Assembly: GCA_964016885.1 (NCBI GenBank)
Contig: OZ024751.1
Coordinates: 8,866,001-8,930,000 of the forward strand
Direction: 5' to 3'
Length of the DNA: 64,000 bases
From: Eledone cirrhosa
Taxonomy: Eukaryota
The position numbers were made by a program, and so were the translations under genes. Shown piece by piece: positions 61,919 to 64,000 of this stretch. The first letter of the stretch is position 1, and each line of letters starts with the position of its first letter. The notes under the pieces are model-generated. The model was not told the origin of the DNA. It made no database searches and was given only the letters and a program-made list of their open reading frames with translations.

Positions 61919-62536
61919 TTACATTTAATTACATTTAATTATACATTTAATTATATCTTATATTATATTATTTTAATTTAGTCTATGTTATTTGATTTTA
62001 GTTTACCTTATTTTATCTTATTTTACGATTATATTATATTATGTTCTATGTATATAATTTTTAATTTTTAATTTTATATTATTTTATCTCATTCCTTACC
62101 CTATATTTTATATGTAAGTTTGTTATGTATTTCTTTGTATTTCTTTTTATATATATTATAAGTCTGTTTTTCACCTATTTTTTACCTATTTTTTACCTAC
62201 TCTTACCTAAACCCATGTCTGTTCTCTTATCCATGTGTCTACTCTTGTCTATTCTCTTATCCATGTGTATGCTTGTATGTAACTATATGTTGACAGCACC
62301 CCGCCCAACTGTGACTGATAGCACCCCTTACTTTTATTTTTATTTTTATTTTTATTTTTATTTTTACTTTTATTTTTATTCTTATTCTTTATCGTCTATT
62401 ATTACCTTTCATTCTTCAATGCCTTGGATTTGTTATTGCTTGTATGGTATGTAATTAACCTTTATGCTCTTATAGTGCGGATGAAACAATGTTAGCAAGT
62501 AAAGATATGCATATGCTATAAGCGTTCTTTGTTATT

Positions 62537-62570
<34 letters not shown>

Positions 62571-63369
62571 GGGGTAACAGATTATTGTTATAGGTAGTCC
62601 ACTCAGGTGTAGTCCAGTTAGGGTACTCCTAGTAGTAGATGATATCAACGCTTGGCTAAGTTTGACTCAACAAGGTGTTGCCATAGTGATGCTGCGAGTA
62701 CGCGTTAATTTCTGCTGTTAACACTTGGAGTAATGATAAATCAGGAAAGAAGAGTGACACGGTTTGCTTTACAAATAAGGTTTTTAATCCCATTGCTGAC
62801 AATTGTTTCTCTGAACTGGTAGGTCTAGAGATCGCTACCCGCTTGTTTTCACGTCATTCGATCACCAATACATAGCTGTAACCAATCAATTCATCGGAGC
62901 TTGTGAGAATGAAATGAATATACAGTCATATATATAGTAGTAATGACATTCAATCAGAAAAATAACAACAATACAAACAATGCTAGCAATACATTATTTG
63001 AAATAATCACAACATCAATCTAGGTAAGAAACATAGTATATCTACGACTTTAGCGTGTAAAACTAGCAGACATGAGGCAGATGTATAAAATTGACATGTA
63101 AAAGCTGTCATGGGGTGTATTATATATAGTGTTGAGATAAGCCGGTGGCTTTAAACAATGAACCATTTCCTTTACTGTGGGTCTGGTGACCGTTAGACTT
63201 ATTTATTATCTGATAGATGAAATATTTATCACTGTAGTGAGGGTAGTAATATTTGTGGTGTGAGGTAGGTTCAATATTTATGTGGTCTATATTAGATGAA
63301 GGAACTGTTAGTTCGAATCATGGGGTTGTTTAGCTTTCACATCATCAATAACATACATGTATAAGATAA

Positions 63370-63556
63370 CTGTTTCTACTTTAGGCACAATGCCAGCAAT
63401 TATTTACAGTGCATTACTGGTACTTTATTTTATCGACCCCTTAAGGATGAAAGGCAAAGTCAACCTCGGCGGGATTTGAACTCAGATCGTAAAGGGACGT
63501 AACTCTGCTGGGAAGCATGGCGTCCGACCCTCTACTGATACTGACAATCCACTGCC
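63370..63556 (-). mobile_element. tRNA-derived SINE copy
   Basis: Reverse complement of the 21531 family. Confidence 0.85.
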
Positions 63557-63915
63557 CTATGTATCCCATACATGTATAAGATAACATTAACAGAGTAGCA
63601 ATATAATAGGTAAGTTACTACAGAGGTTAAGGAGGCAATATATATATAAAGAGAAAATATGGTGAGTACAATTATAACAGGAGGAAGGTAATGTTCTACT
63701 GTAGTAGTATTCTGAAATGTTCTTGGATTTAGGTTCATTTGTTGAGAGTCAAGGGTGGGAAAGTTGTGTTGACAGCAGCTGAGAAGGGATATATTTATGG
63801 GTTGATAAAGTACTTACAGAAATTACTGTGGTAGAGAAATAAGAAGGCTAGAATGTACTTCTTTCCTGATTTATATATATATATATAAATCAGATGATTC
63901 TATAGACATGTTTTA

Positions 63916-63961
<46 letters not shown>

Positions 63962-64000
63962 ATGTATATATGTGTGTGTATATGTGCGTTATATGTCTGT

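Larger units (their letters stand above)
58757..62543 (-). mobile_element. 5'-truncated Penelope-like element with long 3' UTR and inverted copy of its 3' region
   Basis: GIY-YIG C-terminus at 61220-61358; 61375-62543 is the reverse complement of 61284-61360 joined to 58845-60051; left-only extension 58757-58845; flanked by TA. Confidence 0.88.

Overview
AT-rich, apparently intergenic or intronic eukaryotic DNA dominated by (TA)n microsatellites. The SINE, LINE and microsatellite mix suggests a cephalopod/octopus genome, but that is inference. I found no convincing host exon; nearly all ORFs in the track are microsatellite artefacts. Recognisable decayed elements are an L1/Tx1-type LINE, several RTE-type LINE fragments, a CR1/L2-type LINE, R4/Dong-type 3' fragments, a tRNA-derived SINE family, non-autonomous Helitron ends, and two Penelope-like element (PLE) GIY-YIG endonuclease remnants. 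The main unexplained structure is a repeated architecture sitting inside (TA)n tracts: an inverted (foldback) pair of arms plus a 50-165 nt extension on one side only. It occurs in about ten unrelated sequence families. Read by eye, the arms carry about 20 minimal type-I hammerhead ribozyme (HHR) motifs of the form stemI-CTGANGA-stemII-GAAA-short palindrome-TH-stemI'. These include a tandem retrozyme-like array (39937-41680), a U3-A8 compensatory core variant (5384) and a recurrent U.U opposition at the base of stem II. Coordinates were counted by hand and may be off by a few bases.
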